Positions 46,046 to 57,525 of a stretch of DNA of 64,000 bases are shown here, one piece after another. Source of the stretch: Escherichia coli (GTDB taxonomy: Bacteria; Pseudomonadota; Gammaproteobacteria; Enterobacterales; Enterobacteriaceae); assembly GCF_965641715.1 (NCBI RefSeq), contig NZ_OZ282453.1. The stretch is one strand, 5' to 3'. Made by a program: the position numbers and the translations under genes. Within the stretch, counting starts at the first letter, position 1. Each line of letters begins with the position of its first letter. The notes beneath the pieces were generated by a model, which was given only the letters and a program-made list of their open reading frames with translations, did not search any database and was not told where the DNA came from.

Positions 46046-47044
46046 ATGATGCAGGATTTGCGTCTGATATTAATCATTGTTGGCGCGATCGCCATAATCG
46101 CTTTACTGGTACATGGTTTCTGGACCAGCCGTAAAGAACGATCTTCTATGTTCCGCGATCGGCCATTAAAACGAATGAAGTCAAAACGTGACGACGATTC
46201 TTATGACGAGGATGTCGAAGATGATGAGGGCGTTGGTGAGGTTCGTGTTCACCGCGTGAATCATGCCCCGGCTAACGCCCAGGAGCATGAGGCTGCTCGT
46301 CCGTCGCCGCAACACCAGTACCAACCGCCTTATGCGTCTGCGCAGCCGCGTCAACCGGTCCAGCAGCCGCCTGAAGCGCAGGTACCGCCGCAACATGCTC
46401 CGCGTCCAGCGCAGCCGGTGCAGCAACCCGTGCAGCAGCCTGCCTATCAGCCGCAGCCTGAACAGCCGTTGCAGCAGCCAGTTTCGCCACAGGTCGCGCC
46501 AGCGCCGCAGCCAGTGCATTCAGCACCGCAACCGGCACAACAGGCTTTCCAGCCTGCAGAACCCGTAGCGGCACCACAGCCTGAGCCTGTAGCGGAACCG
46601 GCTCCAGTCATGGATAAACCGAAGCGCAAAGAAGCGGTGATTATCATGAACGTCGCGGCGCATCACGGTAGCGAGCTAAACGGTGAACTGCTTCTTAACA
46701 GCATTCAACAAGCGGGCTTCATTTTTGGCGATATGAATATTTACCATCGTCATCTTAGCCCGGATGGCAGCGGCCCGGCGTTATTCAGCCTGGCGAATAT
46801 GGTGAAACCGGGAACCTTTGATCCTGAAATGAAGGATTTCACTACTCCGGGTGTCACTATCTTTATGCAGGTACCGTCTTACGGTGACGAGCTGCAGAAC
46901 TTCAAGCTGATGCTGCAATCTGCGCAGCATATTGCCGATGAAGTGGGCGGTGTCGTGCTTGACGATCAGCGCCGTATGATGACTCCGCAGAAATTGCGCG
47001 AGTATCAGGACATCATCCGCGAAGTTAAAGACGCCAACGCCTGA
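46046..47044 (+). CDS. zipA: Cell division protein ZipA (332 aa here)
   Basis: N-terminal TM anchor, long P/Q-rich linker, C-terminal FtsZ-binding domain; start at ATG 46046. Confidence 0.88.
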
Positions 47045-47073
47045 TACACTTAAGGCAAATTAACTCCTCTTCG

Positions 47074-47097
47074 AACCCCCGCTTGTCGGGGGTTTTT
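47074..47097 (+). terminator. Intrinsic terminator-like hairpin after zipA
   Basis: cccccg-cttgt-cggggg-ttttt. Confidence 0.45.
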
Positions 47098-47105
47098 AGC
47101 ATTGA

Positions 47106-49130
<2,025 letters not shown>

Positions 49131-49131
49131 G

Positions 49132-49350
49132 ATGGAAAAAGAGCAGCTGATTGAAATAGCCAATACGATAATGCCGTTTGGCAAATACAAAGGGCGTCGC
49201 TTAATCGACCTGCCGGAGGAGTATCTGCTGTGGTTTGCCCGCAAAGATGAGTTCCCGGCAGGGAAGCTCGGTGAGCTAATGCAAATCACGCTGCTGATTA
49301 AAACCGAGGGGCTGACGCAACTGGTCCAGCCCCTGAAGCGTCCGCTTTAA
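49132..49350 (+). CDS. ypeB: Small conserved protein YpeB (72 aa)
   Basis: ORF immediately after ligA stop; translation MEKEQLIEIANTIMPFGKYKGRRLIDLP... Confidence 0.7.
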   Translation: MEKEQLIEIANTIMPFGKYKGRRLIDLPEEYLLWFARKDEFPAGKLGELMQITLLIKTEGLTQLVQPLKRPL

Positions 49351-50345
49351 GCTTTATCGGTGCTGCTTTCCTGCTGCGCCTGTAACTGTTCGGTCTGGCG
49401 TTTGTATCGACGCGCCAGCACCGCACAGACCATCAATTGGATCTGATGGAAAATCATCAGGGGCAGCACCATCATACCGATCACCGATGTGGGGAACAGA
49501 ATGTTTGCCATCGGGATGCCATTTGCCAGACTCTTTTTCGAACCACAAAAGACGATAGTAATTTCATCTGCCTTATTGAAGCCCAGTCGGCGTGCCATAA
49601 AGACGTTAACTACAATCACGATAGCCAGAAGAACGCAGCTGACCACCACGATAAACAGCAATGATCCCCAGCCAACTTTATGCCAGATACCATTAACGAC
49701 GGCTTCGCTGAACGCTGTATAAACCACCAACAGAATGGACGTCTGGTCAGTTTTCGCAATCCATTTTTTATTGCGCGACACCCAGTCACCAATCCACGGC
49801 CGGGAAAGATGCCCCAACACAAACGGCAGCAGCAGTTGCAGCATAATTTTACCGACCTGCTCAAGGCTGCCCCCTGCACCGTGAACATTCATCACCAGAC
49901 CAACCAGCAATGGTGAAAGGAAAATCCCCAGCAGGCTGGATGCTGACGCAGAACAAACCGCCGCCGCGACGTTACCGCCCGCCATTGACGTGAAGGCGAT
50001 TGCAGACTGCACGGTAGCCGGGAGAATGCACAAGTAGAGAAAACCGGAGTAGAGCATCGGGTCGACATTTACCGGTTTCCACCAGGCAAACAGTACACCC
50101 AGAATCGGAAACAGCACGAAGGTGCTGCACATTACCCACAAATGCAGTCGCCAGTGACCACCGCCAGCAATAATCGCCTCACGCGACAACTTCGCGCCGT
50201 GCATAAAGAACAGCAGGGCAATAGCTGCGGTGGTCAGATTTTCAAAGAAGGGGACGAAATCGCCTCTGGCCGGAAAGAAAGAGGCCAGCAACACCACCGT
50301 GATCAGGGTTAAGGTGAAAGGATCGAGGATACGAAAAAGTTTCAT
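49347..50345 (-). CDS. yfeH: Bile acid:sodium symporter-family membrane protein YfeH (332 aa)
   Basis: Polytopic membrane translation, synteny. Confidence 0.85.
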   Translation of the reverse strand: MKLFRILDPFTLTLITVVLLASFFPARGDFVPFFENLTTAAIALLFFMHGAKLSREAIIAGGGHWRLHLWVMCSTFVLFPILGVLFAWWKPVNVDPMLYSGFLYLCILPATVQSAIAFTSMAGGNVAAAVCSASASSLLGIFLSPLLVGLVMNVHGAGGSLEQVGKIMLQLLLPFVLGHLSRPWIGDWVSRNKKWIAKTDQTSILLVVYTAFSEAVVNGIWHKVGWGSLLFIVVVSCVLLAIVIVVNVFMARRLGFNKADEITIVFCGSKKSLANGIPMANILFPTSVIGMMVLPLMIFHQIQLMVCAVLARRYKRQTEQLQAQQESSTDKA

Positions 50346-50434
50346 AAAGACTCCAGATGATCGATGGTTCTATTGTGCTTCTTCCAGTTTGAGAAATAAA
50401 ATTGATTTATTGCATCCATTCATGAAGAAAACAG

Positions 50435-51361
50435 ATGAATTATTCTTTAAAACAATTAAAGGTTTTCGTCACAGTAGCGCAGGAGAAAAGTTTTAGTCGT
50501 GCAGGAGAGCGTATCGGCCTGAGCCAGTCGGCAGTAAGTCACAGTGTGAAGGAGCTGGAAAATCATACTGGTGTTCGCCTGCTGGACAGAACCACGCGTG
50601 AAGTGGTGCTTACAGATGCAGGGCAGCAGTTGGCTTTGCGTCTTGAGCGACTGCTGGATGAACTTAACAGCACGTTGCGCGATACCGGGCGTATGGGGCA
50701 ACAACTGAGCGGAAAAGTTCGGGTCGCTGCCAGCCAGACCATTTCCGCGCATCTTATTCCGCAATGCATTGCTGAAAGCCATCGCCGCTATCCAGATATT
50801 CAGTTTGTCCTGCACGATCGTCCGCAGCAGTGGGTGATGGAAAGTATTCGCCAGGGAGATGTCGACTTTGGCATCGTCATCGATCCAGGCCCAGTGGGCG
50901 ATCTGCAATGTGAAGCGATTCTTTCCGAGCCTTTCTTTCTGCTTTGCCATCGCGATAGCGCTTTGGCCGTGGAAGATTATGTACCCTGGCAGGCATTACA
51001 GGGAGCGAAATTGGTGTTGCAGGATTACGCGTCAGGCAGCCGACCGCTGATTGACGCAGCGCTGGCGCGCAATGGTATTCAGGCGAATATTGTGCAGGAG
51101 ATTGGACATCCGGCGACGCTGTTCCCGATGGTAGCCGCAGGCATCGGCATCAGTATTCTTCCCGCACTGGCGCTACCATTGCCTGAAGGTAGCCCACTGG
51201 TGGTAAAGCGCATTACGCCGGTTGTTGAACGCCAGTTGATGCTGGTGCGCAGGAAGAACCGTTCACTTTCCACCGCCGCTGAAGCGTTATGGGACGTGGT
51301 ACGAGACCAGGGCAATGCGCTAATGGCTGGTCGGGAAGGGGATCCGTTGTATCAGATATAG
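50435..51361 (+). CDS. yfeR: LysR-family transcriptional regulator YfeR (308 aa)
   Basis: N-terminal LysR HTH; divergent from yfeH. Confidence 0.85.
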
Positions 51362-51693
51362 ATATCGATATGAGTCGTATTTTCAACAGGATTTAGAAGG
51401 GATACATTCAGAGACAAACGCTGCTCTTTCTCCTGCGCCTTTTCTGCCTGCTGTCTCTGCAACTGCGCCAGTTGTGTTTCCAGTAGGGTGATTTGCTGTT
51501 GAATCAATTCGGCCTGTTTTTGCTTGTCTTCAGCACTGCCGCTAGTGTCTACAATCTCTTTAATTTGTTGAGTGAGTTTGATGATTTGCTGACTTATCCG
51601 CGCGATTTGTGAAGCAACATCGCTACCTTGTGATGCCCTGTTACTACTCTGTGTTTGTATGGAAGGAATTGAAGTTGAAGAGATAGTGGCCAT
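51352..51693 (-). CDS. FlxA-like Gln-rich coiled-coil protein (113 aa)
   Basis: Translation ...[48 protein letters not shown]... resembles FlxA-like family; overlaps yfeR 3' end by 10 nt. Confidence 0.4.
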
Positions 51694-51781
51694 TGTTCAG
51701 TCCTCGTCACTGTACGAGGTAATATCGGTAGAAGAACAAGGAACTTGAGAAGAAAAATCAATCTTACAAATCGCAGATAGC

Positions 51782-51808
51782 AAAAAAGCGCCTTTAGGGC
51801 GCTTTTTT
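51782..51808 (-). terminator. Intrinsic terminator of tRNA operon (after lysV)
   Basis: aaaaaagcgcc-tttagg-gcgc-tttttt palindrome directly 3' of tRNA-Lys. Confidence 0.6.
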
Positions 51809-51812
51809 ACAT

Positions 51813-51888
51813 TGGTGGGTCGTGCAGGATTCGAACCTGCGACCAATTGATTAAAAGTCAACTGCTCTACCAACTGAGCTAACGACCC
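51813..51888 (-). tRNA. lysV: tRNA-Lys (anticodon UUU)
   Basis: 76-nt cloverleaf; reverse complement reads GGGTCGTTAGCTCAGTTGGTAGAGCAGTTGACTTTTAATCAATTGGTCGCAGGTTCGAATCCTGCACGACCCACCA. Confidence 0.95.
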
Positions 51889-51892
51889 GAAG

Positions 51893-51968
51893 TGGTGGGT
51901 GATGACGGGATCGAACCGCCGACCCCCTCCTTGTAAGGGAGGTGCTCTCCCAGCTGAGCTAATCACCC
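51893..51968 (-). tRNA. valY: tRNA-Val (anticodon UAC)
   Basis: 76-nt tRNA, anticodon loop CTTACAA on coding strand; identical to the other two copies. Confidence 0.95.
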
Positions 51969-52014
51969 ACTTCGGTACTTCACATTGTTACAAGAAATTT
52001 AGCTGGCGAGAAAG

Positions 52015-52090
52015 TGGTGGGTGATGACGGGATCGAACCGCCGACCCCCTCCTTGTAAGGGAGGTGCTCTCCCAGCTGAGCTAATCACCC
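52015..52090 (-). tRNA. valX: tRNA-Val (anticodon UAC)
   Basis: Identical copy. Confidence 0.95.
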
Positions 52091-52134
52091 ACTTCTCAAT
52101 TTCTTGCTACACGGCGGAGACTACATAAAGTAGT

Positions 52135-52210
52135 TGGTGGGTGATGACGGGATCGAACCGCCGACCCCCTCCTTGTAAGGGAGGTGCTCTCCCAGCTGAG
52201 CTAATCACCC
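52135..52210 (-). tRNA. valU: tRNA-Val (anticodon UAC)
   Basis: Identical copy, first gene of operon. Confidence 0.95.
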
Positions 52211-52227
52211 CCGCTGTGTGGAGTCGC

Positions 52228-52255
52228 ATTATAGGGAGAGTTCAAAATGAGTCAA
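52228..52255 (-). promoter_or_regulatory. Near-consensus sigma70 promoter of the valU tRNA operon
   Basis: On minus strand: TTGACT - 16 bp - TATAAT, about 18 bp upstream of valU. Confidence 0.6.
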
Positions 52256-52468
52256 CGCATTTTCTAAAGAAATTGTTCGTTCGTCGTAAATTTAAGCAAG
52301 ATGATCGCAAAACAGACCGTGTTGCGCAATTTGTCAACGAAAACAATAATGCGTAAGGTAGAAGCCCGAACTACATTGAGGAATCAGGCGGGAGTGATAG
52401 AATATCGCCCACTCAATTTTTCCAGGATTTGCCGGTTGTCGGCATCTTTCTAAACGTAAGGCCATTTC

Positions 52469-53884
52469 ATGAAAATCAAAACTCGCTTCGCGCCAAGCCC
52501 AACAGGCTATCTGCACGTTGGCGGCGCGCGTACTGCTCTTTACTCCTGGCTTTTTGCACGTAACCACGGCGGTGAGTTCGTGCTGCGTATTGAAGACACC
52601 GATCTTGAGCGTTCCACGCCGGAAGCTATCGAAGCCATTATGGATGGCATGAACTGGCTGAGCCTGGAGTGGGATGAAGGTCCGTACTACCAGACCAAAC
52701 GTTTTGATCGCTACAACGCAGTGATCGATCAGATGCTGGAGGAGGGCACTGCTTATAAATGCTATTGCTCTAAAGAGCGCCTGGAAGCGCTGCGCGAAGA
52801 ACAAATGGCGAAAGGTGAGAAGCCGCGTTATGACGGTCGCTGCCGCCACAGTCATGAGCATCACGCTGATGATGAGCCGTGTGTCGTACGTTTTGCTAAC
52901 CCGCAGGAAGGTTCTGTTGTTTTTGACGATCAGATCCGTGGTCCGATCGAGTTCAGCAACCAGGAGCTGGATGATCTGATTATCCGCCGTACCGATGGTT
53001 CCCCAACCTATAACTTCTGTGTGGTTGTCGATGACTGGGATATGGAAATCACCCACGTTATCCGTGGCGAAGACCATATCAACAACACGCCACGCCAGAT
53101 CAACATTCTTAAAGCCCTGAAAGCGCCGGTACCGGTTTACGCGCACGTTTCTATGATCAACGGCGATGACGGCAAAAAACTGTCCAAACGTCACGGGGCA
53201 GTCAGCGTAATGCAGTATCGTGATGACGGTTATTTGCCAGAAGCACTGCTGAACTATCTGGTGCGTCTGGGCTGGTCCCACGGCGATCAGGAAATCTTCA
53301 CTCGTGAAGAGATGATCAAATACTTCACTTTGAATGCCGTCAGCAAATCTGCCAGTGCGTTCAACACCGACAAGCTGCTGTGGCTGAACCATCACTACAT
53401 TAATGCGCTGCCGCCGGAGTATGTTGCTACTCACTTACAGTGGCACATTGAGCAGGAAAATATCGATACCCGTAACGGCCCGCAGCTGGCTGATCTGGTG
53501 AAACTGCTGGGCGAACGCTGCAAGACGCTGAAAGAGATGGCACAGAGCTGCCGTTATTTCTACGAAGATTTTGCTGAGTTCGATGCCGACGCCGCGAAAA
53601 AACATCTGCGTCCGGTAGCGCGTCAGCCGCTGGAAGTGGTTCGTGACAAACTGGCCGCGATTACTGACTGGACCGCTGAAAACGTTCATCACGCTATTCA
53701 GGCGACGGCGGATGAGCTGGAAGTGGGTATGGGTAAAGTTGGTATGCCGCTGCGTGTCGCCGTAACCGGTGCGGGGCAGTCTCCGGCACTGGATGTTACC
53801 GTTCACGCAATCGGTAAGACACGTAGCATTGAGCGTATCAACAAAGCGCTGGCCTTTATTGCTGAACGCGAAAACCAGCAGTAA
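52469..53884 (+). CDS. gltX: Glutamyl-tRNA synthetase GltX (471 aa)
   Basis: Class I aa[12 protein letters not shown] (HIGH) motif and KLSKR (KMSKS) motif. Confidence 0.93.
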   Translation: MKIKTRFAPSPTGYLHVGGARTALYSWLFARNHGGEFVLRIEDTDLERSTPEAIEAIMDGMNWLSLEWDEGPYYQTKRFDRYNAVIDQMLEEGTAYKCYCSKERLEALREEQMAKGEKPRYDGRCRHSHEHHADDEPCVVRFANPQEGSVVFDDQIRGPIEFSNQELDDLIIRRTDGSPTYNFCVVVDDWDMEITHVIRGEDHINNTPRQINILKALKAPVPVYAHVSMINGDDGKKLSKRHGAVSVMQYRDDGYLPEALLNYLVRLGWSHGDQEIFTREEMIKYFTLNAVSKSASAFNTDKLLWLNHHYINALPPEYVATHLQWHIEQENIDTRNGPQLADLVKLLGERCKTLKEMAQSCRYFYEDFAEFDADAAKKHLRPVARQPLEVVRDKLAAITDWTAENVHHAIQATADELEVGMGKVGMPLRVAVTGAGQSPALDVTVHAIGKTRSIERINKALAFIAERENQQ

Positions 53885-53901
53885 TTAGCGTGTAAAAAGA
53901 T

Positions 53902-53936
53902 AAACGGCAGGAGATAATATCCTGCCGTTTTTTATT
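53902..53936. terminator. Bidirectional intrinsic terminator between gltX and yfeD
   Basis: aaacggcagga-gataatat-cctgccg-tttttt. Confidence 0.6.
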
Positions 53937-54328
53937 TATGCTGATTCGTCAATATCGAGACGGGCGAGGAAATTGCGAATTCCTTCACGTGACAAAAATT
54001 GCGCGACTTTTTCCTGCTCAATGTCTGTCATATTATCTATCGCGTTGATGATTTGTCGATACGCCGGGGCGCGTGCTCCAGGAGCGTATTCAGCAATTCT
54101 CTCTTCAGCTTCCATCAACATTGGTGTGTTATGGAAGGCTGGCGTGTTCTGAATAAACTCGCAAACTTGCGTATCGACCAGAATAAGTCTGGCACGACCG
54201 CCTTTCACGCCGGGAAATTTTTCCGTTTTCCAGCCTTTTTCTCTGATCCAACGGTTAACAGTTTGTTTAGCCACACCGAGGCATTCAGCCAGTTCTTCGG
54301 TGGTCATTTTATTGCGTAATCTTTTCAT
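53936..54328 (-). CDS. yfeD: Small putative DNA-binding protein YfeD (130 aa)
   Basis: N-terminal HTH-like ...TEELAECLGVAKQTVNRWIREKGW...; synteny. Confidence 0.7.
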   Translation of the reverse strand: MKRLRNKMTTEELAECLGVAKQTVNRWIREKGWKTEKFPGVKGGRARLILVDTQVCEFIQNTPAFHNTPMLMEAEERIAEYAPGARAPAYRQIINAIDNMTDIEQEKVAQFLSREGIRNFLARLDIDESA

Positions 54329-54329
54329 A

Positions 54330-54689
54330 TTATTTGCTATCGCGAATCCCTAAGCGTTGTAACAATCCGATAATCCCTTCCCGCAGAAGCAAGGATGTAA
54401 ACTGTTTTTGTTCAACTGGCGTCATCTCTTTCGCCAGTGTCACCAGCAATACTTCAAGCGGCGCATCACCAGAAAGGGCAGGCGCTTCTCCCTGACCTTC
54501 TGGACGTTCAGCATTACGAATATATTCACGAACCTGTTCATTGACGTGAACCAGTCGGGCTTTGCCACCCTGGACGCCTGGTTTTGGTGACGTCGTCCAG
54601 CCTTCCTTGCGTACCCATTTATTAATGGTCTGGCGGCTATAGCCGGTCAGTCTGGCAAGTTCATCTGGCGTCATCCTCTCCTTGAACAT
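54330..54689 (-). CDS. yfeC: Small putative DNA-binding protein YfeC, paralog of YfeD (start may be internal ATG 54674)
   Basis: ...PDELARLTGYSRQTINKWVRKEGW... parallels YfeD; synteny. Confidence 0.7.
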   Translation of the reverse strand: MFKERMTPDELARLTGYSRQTINKWVRKEGWTTSPKPGVQGGKARLVHVNEQVREYIRNAERPEGQGEAPALSGDAPLEVLLVTLAKEMTPVEQKQFTSLLLREGIIGLLQRLGIRDSK

Positions 54690-54848
54690 AACAATTCCCT
54701 GAATGTATGTGGGTCTATTAGTAGTTCATTTTATAGCACCACTTTACAGGAAACCGTGACATGAATAACTACTGAATGCGAGCGGTTTTCCAAAATTGTT
54801 CATTTGCCTGATTTTTCAGCGATTGAAACTACACGCTGCAATTTGCCG

Positions 54849-54877
54849 TTGACACATTCGGGCGGAATTCATATGAT
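54849..54877 (+). promoter_or_regulatory. Sigma70 promoter of tRNA-Ala operon
   Basis: TTGACA - 17 bp - TATGAT about 33 bp upstream of first tRNA-Ala. Confidence 0.55.
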
Positions 54878-54909
54878 GCCGCCCGTCAACTCGACAAGCT
54901 TTACGTGAC

Positions 54910-54985
<76 letters not shown>

Positions 54986-55024
54986 AATTTTGCACCCAGC
55001 AAATTTGGTACGTAAACGCATCGT

Positions 55025-55100
<76 letters not shown>

Positions 55101-55107
55101 AATTTCC

Positions 55108-55136
55108 AACCCTCGCTGCAAAGCGGGGGTTTTTTG
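55108..55136 (+). terminator. Intrinsic terminator after tRNA-Ala pair
   Basis: ccctcgct-gcaa-agcggggg-tttttt. Confidence 0.55.
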
Positions 55137-55307
55137 TCTCTGCTTTTTGCCGCTTTTGTAATACAGTCTACGTCCGGGTTAGCGCCGCCTGGTGAAAGCA
55201 TCATTGGATGAAAAATCGGCAACAGGCTGGCCCCTGTTTGCTTCGCGATGCGAATAAACTTATTATTTGTGTGCCTGAAAACCCCGATCAGTGAGAGTAG
55301 TGTACTC

Positions 55308-57497
55308 ATGTTTGTGGAGCATAACCTGATAAAAAATATCAAGATATTCACACTAGCGTTTACGCTCACCGTGGTACTTATTCAGCTATCCCGTTTTATT
55401 TCGCCACTTGCCATTATCCATTCCAGTTATATCTTTCTGGCGTGGATGCCACTGTGCGTAATGCTGTCAATCTTGTTTATCTTTGGCTGGCGCGGTGTCG
55501 TTCCCGTTTTATGCGGGATGTTTTGCACCAATCTGTGGAACTTTCATCTCTCTTTTTTACAGACTGCGGTCATGCTCGGCAGCCAGACATTTGTCGTGTT
55601 GTGTGCCTGCGCAATATTACGCTGGCAGCTGGGGACGCGTTGGCGTTATGGATTGACCAGCCGATATGTCTGGCAACGTCTGTTCTGGCTTGGTTTGGTG
55701 ACGCCGATCGGCATCAAATGCAGCATGTATCTTGTGGGGAGCTTCTTTGATTTCCCGCTAAAGATATCCACCTTTTTCGGCGATGCGGATGCCATTTTCA
55801 CGGTCGTGGATTTACTAAGCCTTTTCACCGCTGTTCTGATTTACAACATGCTTTTCTACTATCTCACTCGCATGATTGTAAGTCCCCACTTTGCGCAGAT
55901 ATTGTGGCGCAGGGATATCGCTCCGTCATTGGGCAAAGAGAAACGCGCATTTACCTTAAGCTGGCTGGCAGCGTTAAGCGTGCTGCTACTTCTGCTGTGC
56001 ACACCTTATGAAAACGACTTTATTGCCGGTTACCTGGTACCCGTTTTCTTCATCATCTTTACCCTCGGGGTCGGTAAGCTTCGCTATCCGTTTTTAAATC
56101 TCACCTGGGCTGTTTCAACGCTTTGCCTGCTGAATTACAACCAGAACTTTTTGCAAGGGGTGGAAACCGAATATTCGCTGGCATTTATTCTCGCGGTGCT
56201 GATTTCCTTTAGCGTTTGCCTGCTCTATATGGTGCGCATTTATCATCGCAGTGAATGGCTTAATCGCCGCTGGCATTTGCAGGCGCTGACCGATCCGTTA
56301 ACGCTCCTGCCCAACTTTCGTGCGTTGGAACAAGCGCCGGAGCAAGAGGCGGGCAAGAGTTTTTGCTGCCTGCGCATTGATAATCTTGAGTTTATGAGTC
56401 GTCATTACGGGTTGATGATGCGCGTTCACTGTATCCGATCAATTTACCGTACGCTGCTGCCATTGATGCAGGAAAACGAAAAGTTGTATCAATTGCCGGG
56501 TAGTGAACTGCTGTTAGTGCTGAGCGGGCCGGAAACGGAAGGGCGACTCCAGCATATGGTTAACATCCTGAATAGTCGGCAAATTCACTGGAACAATACC
56601 GGGCTGGATATGGGCTATGGTGCTGCCTGGGGGCGTTTTGATGGAAATCAGGAAACCTTGCAACCCTTGTTGGGGCAGTTAAGCTGGCTGGCGGAGCAAT
56701 CCTGCGCACATCATCATGTGCTGGCGCTGGATAGCAGAGAGGAGATGGTTTCCGGGCAGACCACTAAACAGGTGCTATTGCTGAATACCATTCGCACGGC
56801 GTTAGATCAGGGTGATTTGCTGCTCTACGCCCAGCCAATTCGCAACAAAGAGGGTGAAGGTTATGATGAGATCCTCGCGCGACTGAAATATGACGGCGGC
56901 ATTATGACCCCGGATAAGTTTCTGCCCCTTATTGCTCAGTTTAACCTTAGCGCGCGTTTTGATTTGCAAGTGCTGGAATCCTTGTTGAAGTGGCTGGCAA
57001 CACACCCTTGCGACAAAAAAGGCCCGCGCTTTTCAGTTAATTTAATGCCGCTCACGCTGCTGCAAAAGAATATTGCCGGGCGGATTATTCGTCTATTTAA
57101 GCGTTATCACATCTCCCCGCAGGCGGTCATTCTTGAGATCACCGAGGAGCAGGCGTTTTCTAACGCAGAAAGCAGCATGTACAACATCGAGCAGCTGCAT
57201 AAGTTTGGTTTCCGGATTGCGATTGATGACTTTGGCACCGGATATGCCAACTACGAACGGTTAAAGCGTTTGCAGGCTGATATCATCAAAATTGATGGCG
57301 TCTTTGTGAAAGATATCGTCACGAATACGCTGGATGCGATGATTGTGAGATCAATTACCGATCTGGCGAAAGCGAAGTCATTGAGTGTGGTTGCGGAGTT
57401 TGTTGAGACGCAACAGCAGCAGGCGCTATTGCATAAGCTCGGAGTGCAATATCTGCAAGGGTATTTGATTGGACGCCCGCAGCCATTAGTTGATTAA
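55308..57497 (+). CDS. yfeA: Membrane-anchored c-di-GMP phosphodiesterase YfeA (MASE1-GGDEF-like-EAL, 729 aa)
   Basis: N-terminal polytopic region, C-terminal EAL-type domain; start at ATG 55308. Confidence 0.85.
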   Translation: MFVEHNLIKNIKIFTLAFTLTVVLIQLSRFISPLAIIHSSYIFLAWMPLCVMLSILFIFGWRGVVPVLCGMFCTNLWNFHLSFLQTAVMLGSQTFVVLCACAILRWQLGTRWRYGLTSRYVWQRLFWLGLVTPIGIKCSMYLVGSFFDFPLKISTFFGDADAIFTVVDLLSLFTAVLIYNMLFYYLTRMIVSPHFAQILWRRDIAPSLGKEKRAFTLSWLAALSVLLLLLCTPYENDFIAGYLVPVFFIIFTLGVGKLRYPFLNLTWAVSTLCLLNYNQNFLQGVETEYSLAFILAVLISFSVCLLYMVRIYHRSEWLNRRWHLQALTDPLTLLPNFRALEQAPEQEAGKSFCCLRIDNLEFMSRHYGLMMRVHCIRSIYRTLLPLMQENEKLYQLPGSELLLVLSGPETEGRLQHMVNILNSRQIHWNNTGLDMGYGAAWGRFDGNQETLQPLLGQLSWLAEQSCAHHHVLALDSREEMVSGQTTKQVLLLNTIRTALDQGDLLLYAQPIRNKEGEGYDEILARLKYDGGIMTPDKFLPLIAQFNLSARFDLQVLESLLKWLATHPCDKKGPRFSVNLMPLTLLQKNIAGRIIRLFKRYHISPQAVILEITEEQAFSNAESSMYNIEQLHKFGFRIAIDDFGTGYANYERLKRLQADIIKIDGVFVKDIVTNTLDAMIVRSITDLAKAKSLSVVAEFVETQQQQALLHKLGVQYLQGYLIGRPQPLVD

Positions 57498-57525
57498 CAG
57501 GCGTAAAAAAGCCGGGGAATTATCC

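Noticed and set aside
46260-46620. Short tandem nucleotide repeats (cagccg/cagcag)
   Set aside because: They encode the P/Q-rich linker of ZipA; coding low complexity, not an independent repeat element.
51697-51966. 89-aa ORF on the minus strand
   Set aside because: Its frame runs through the lysV and valY tRNA genes; an artefact of an open frame across tRNA sequence.
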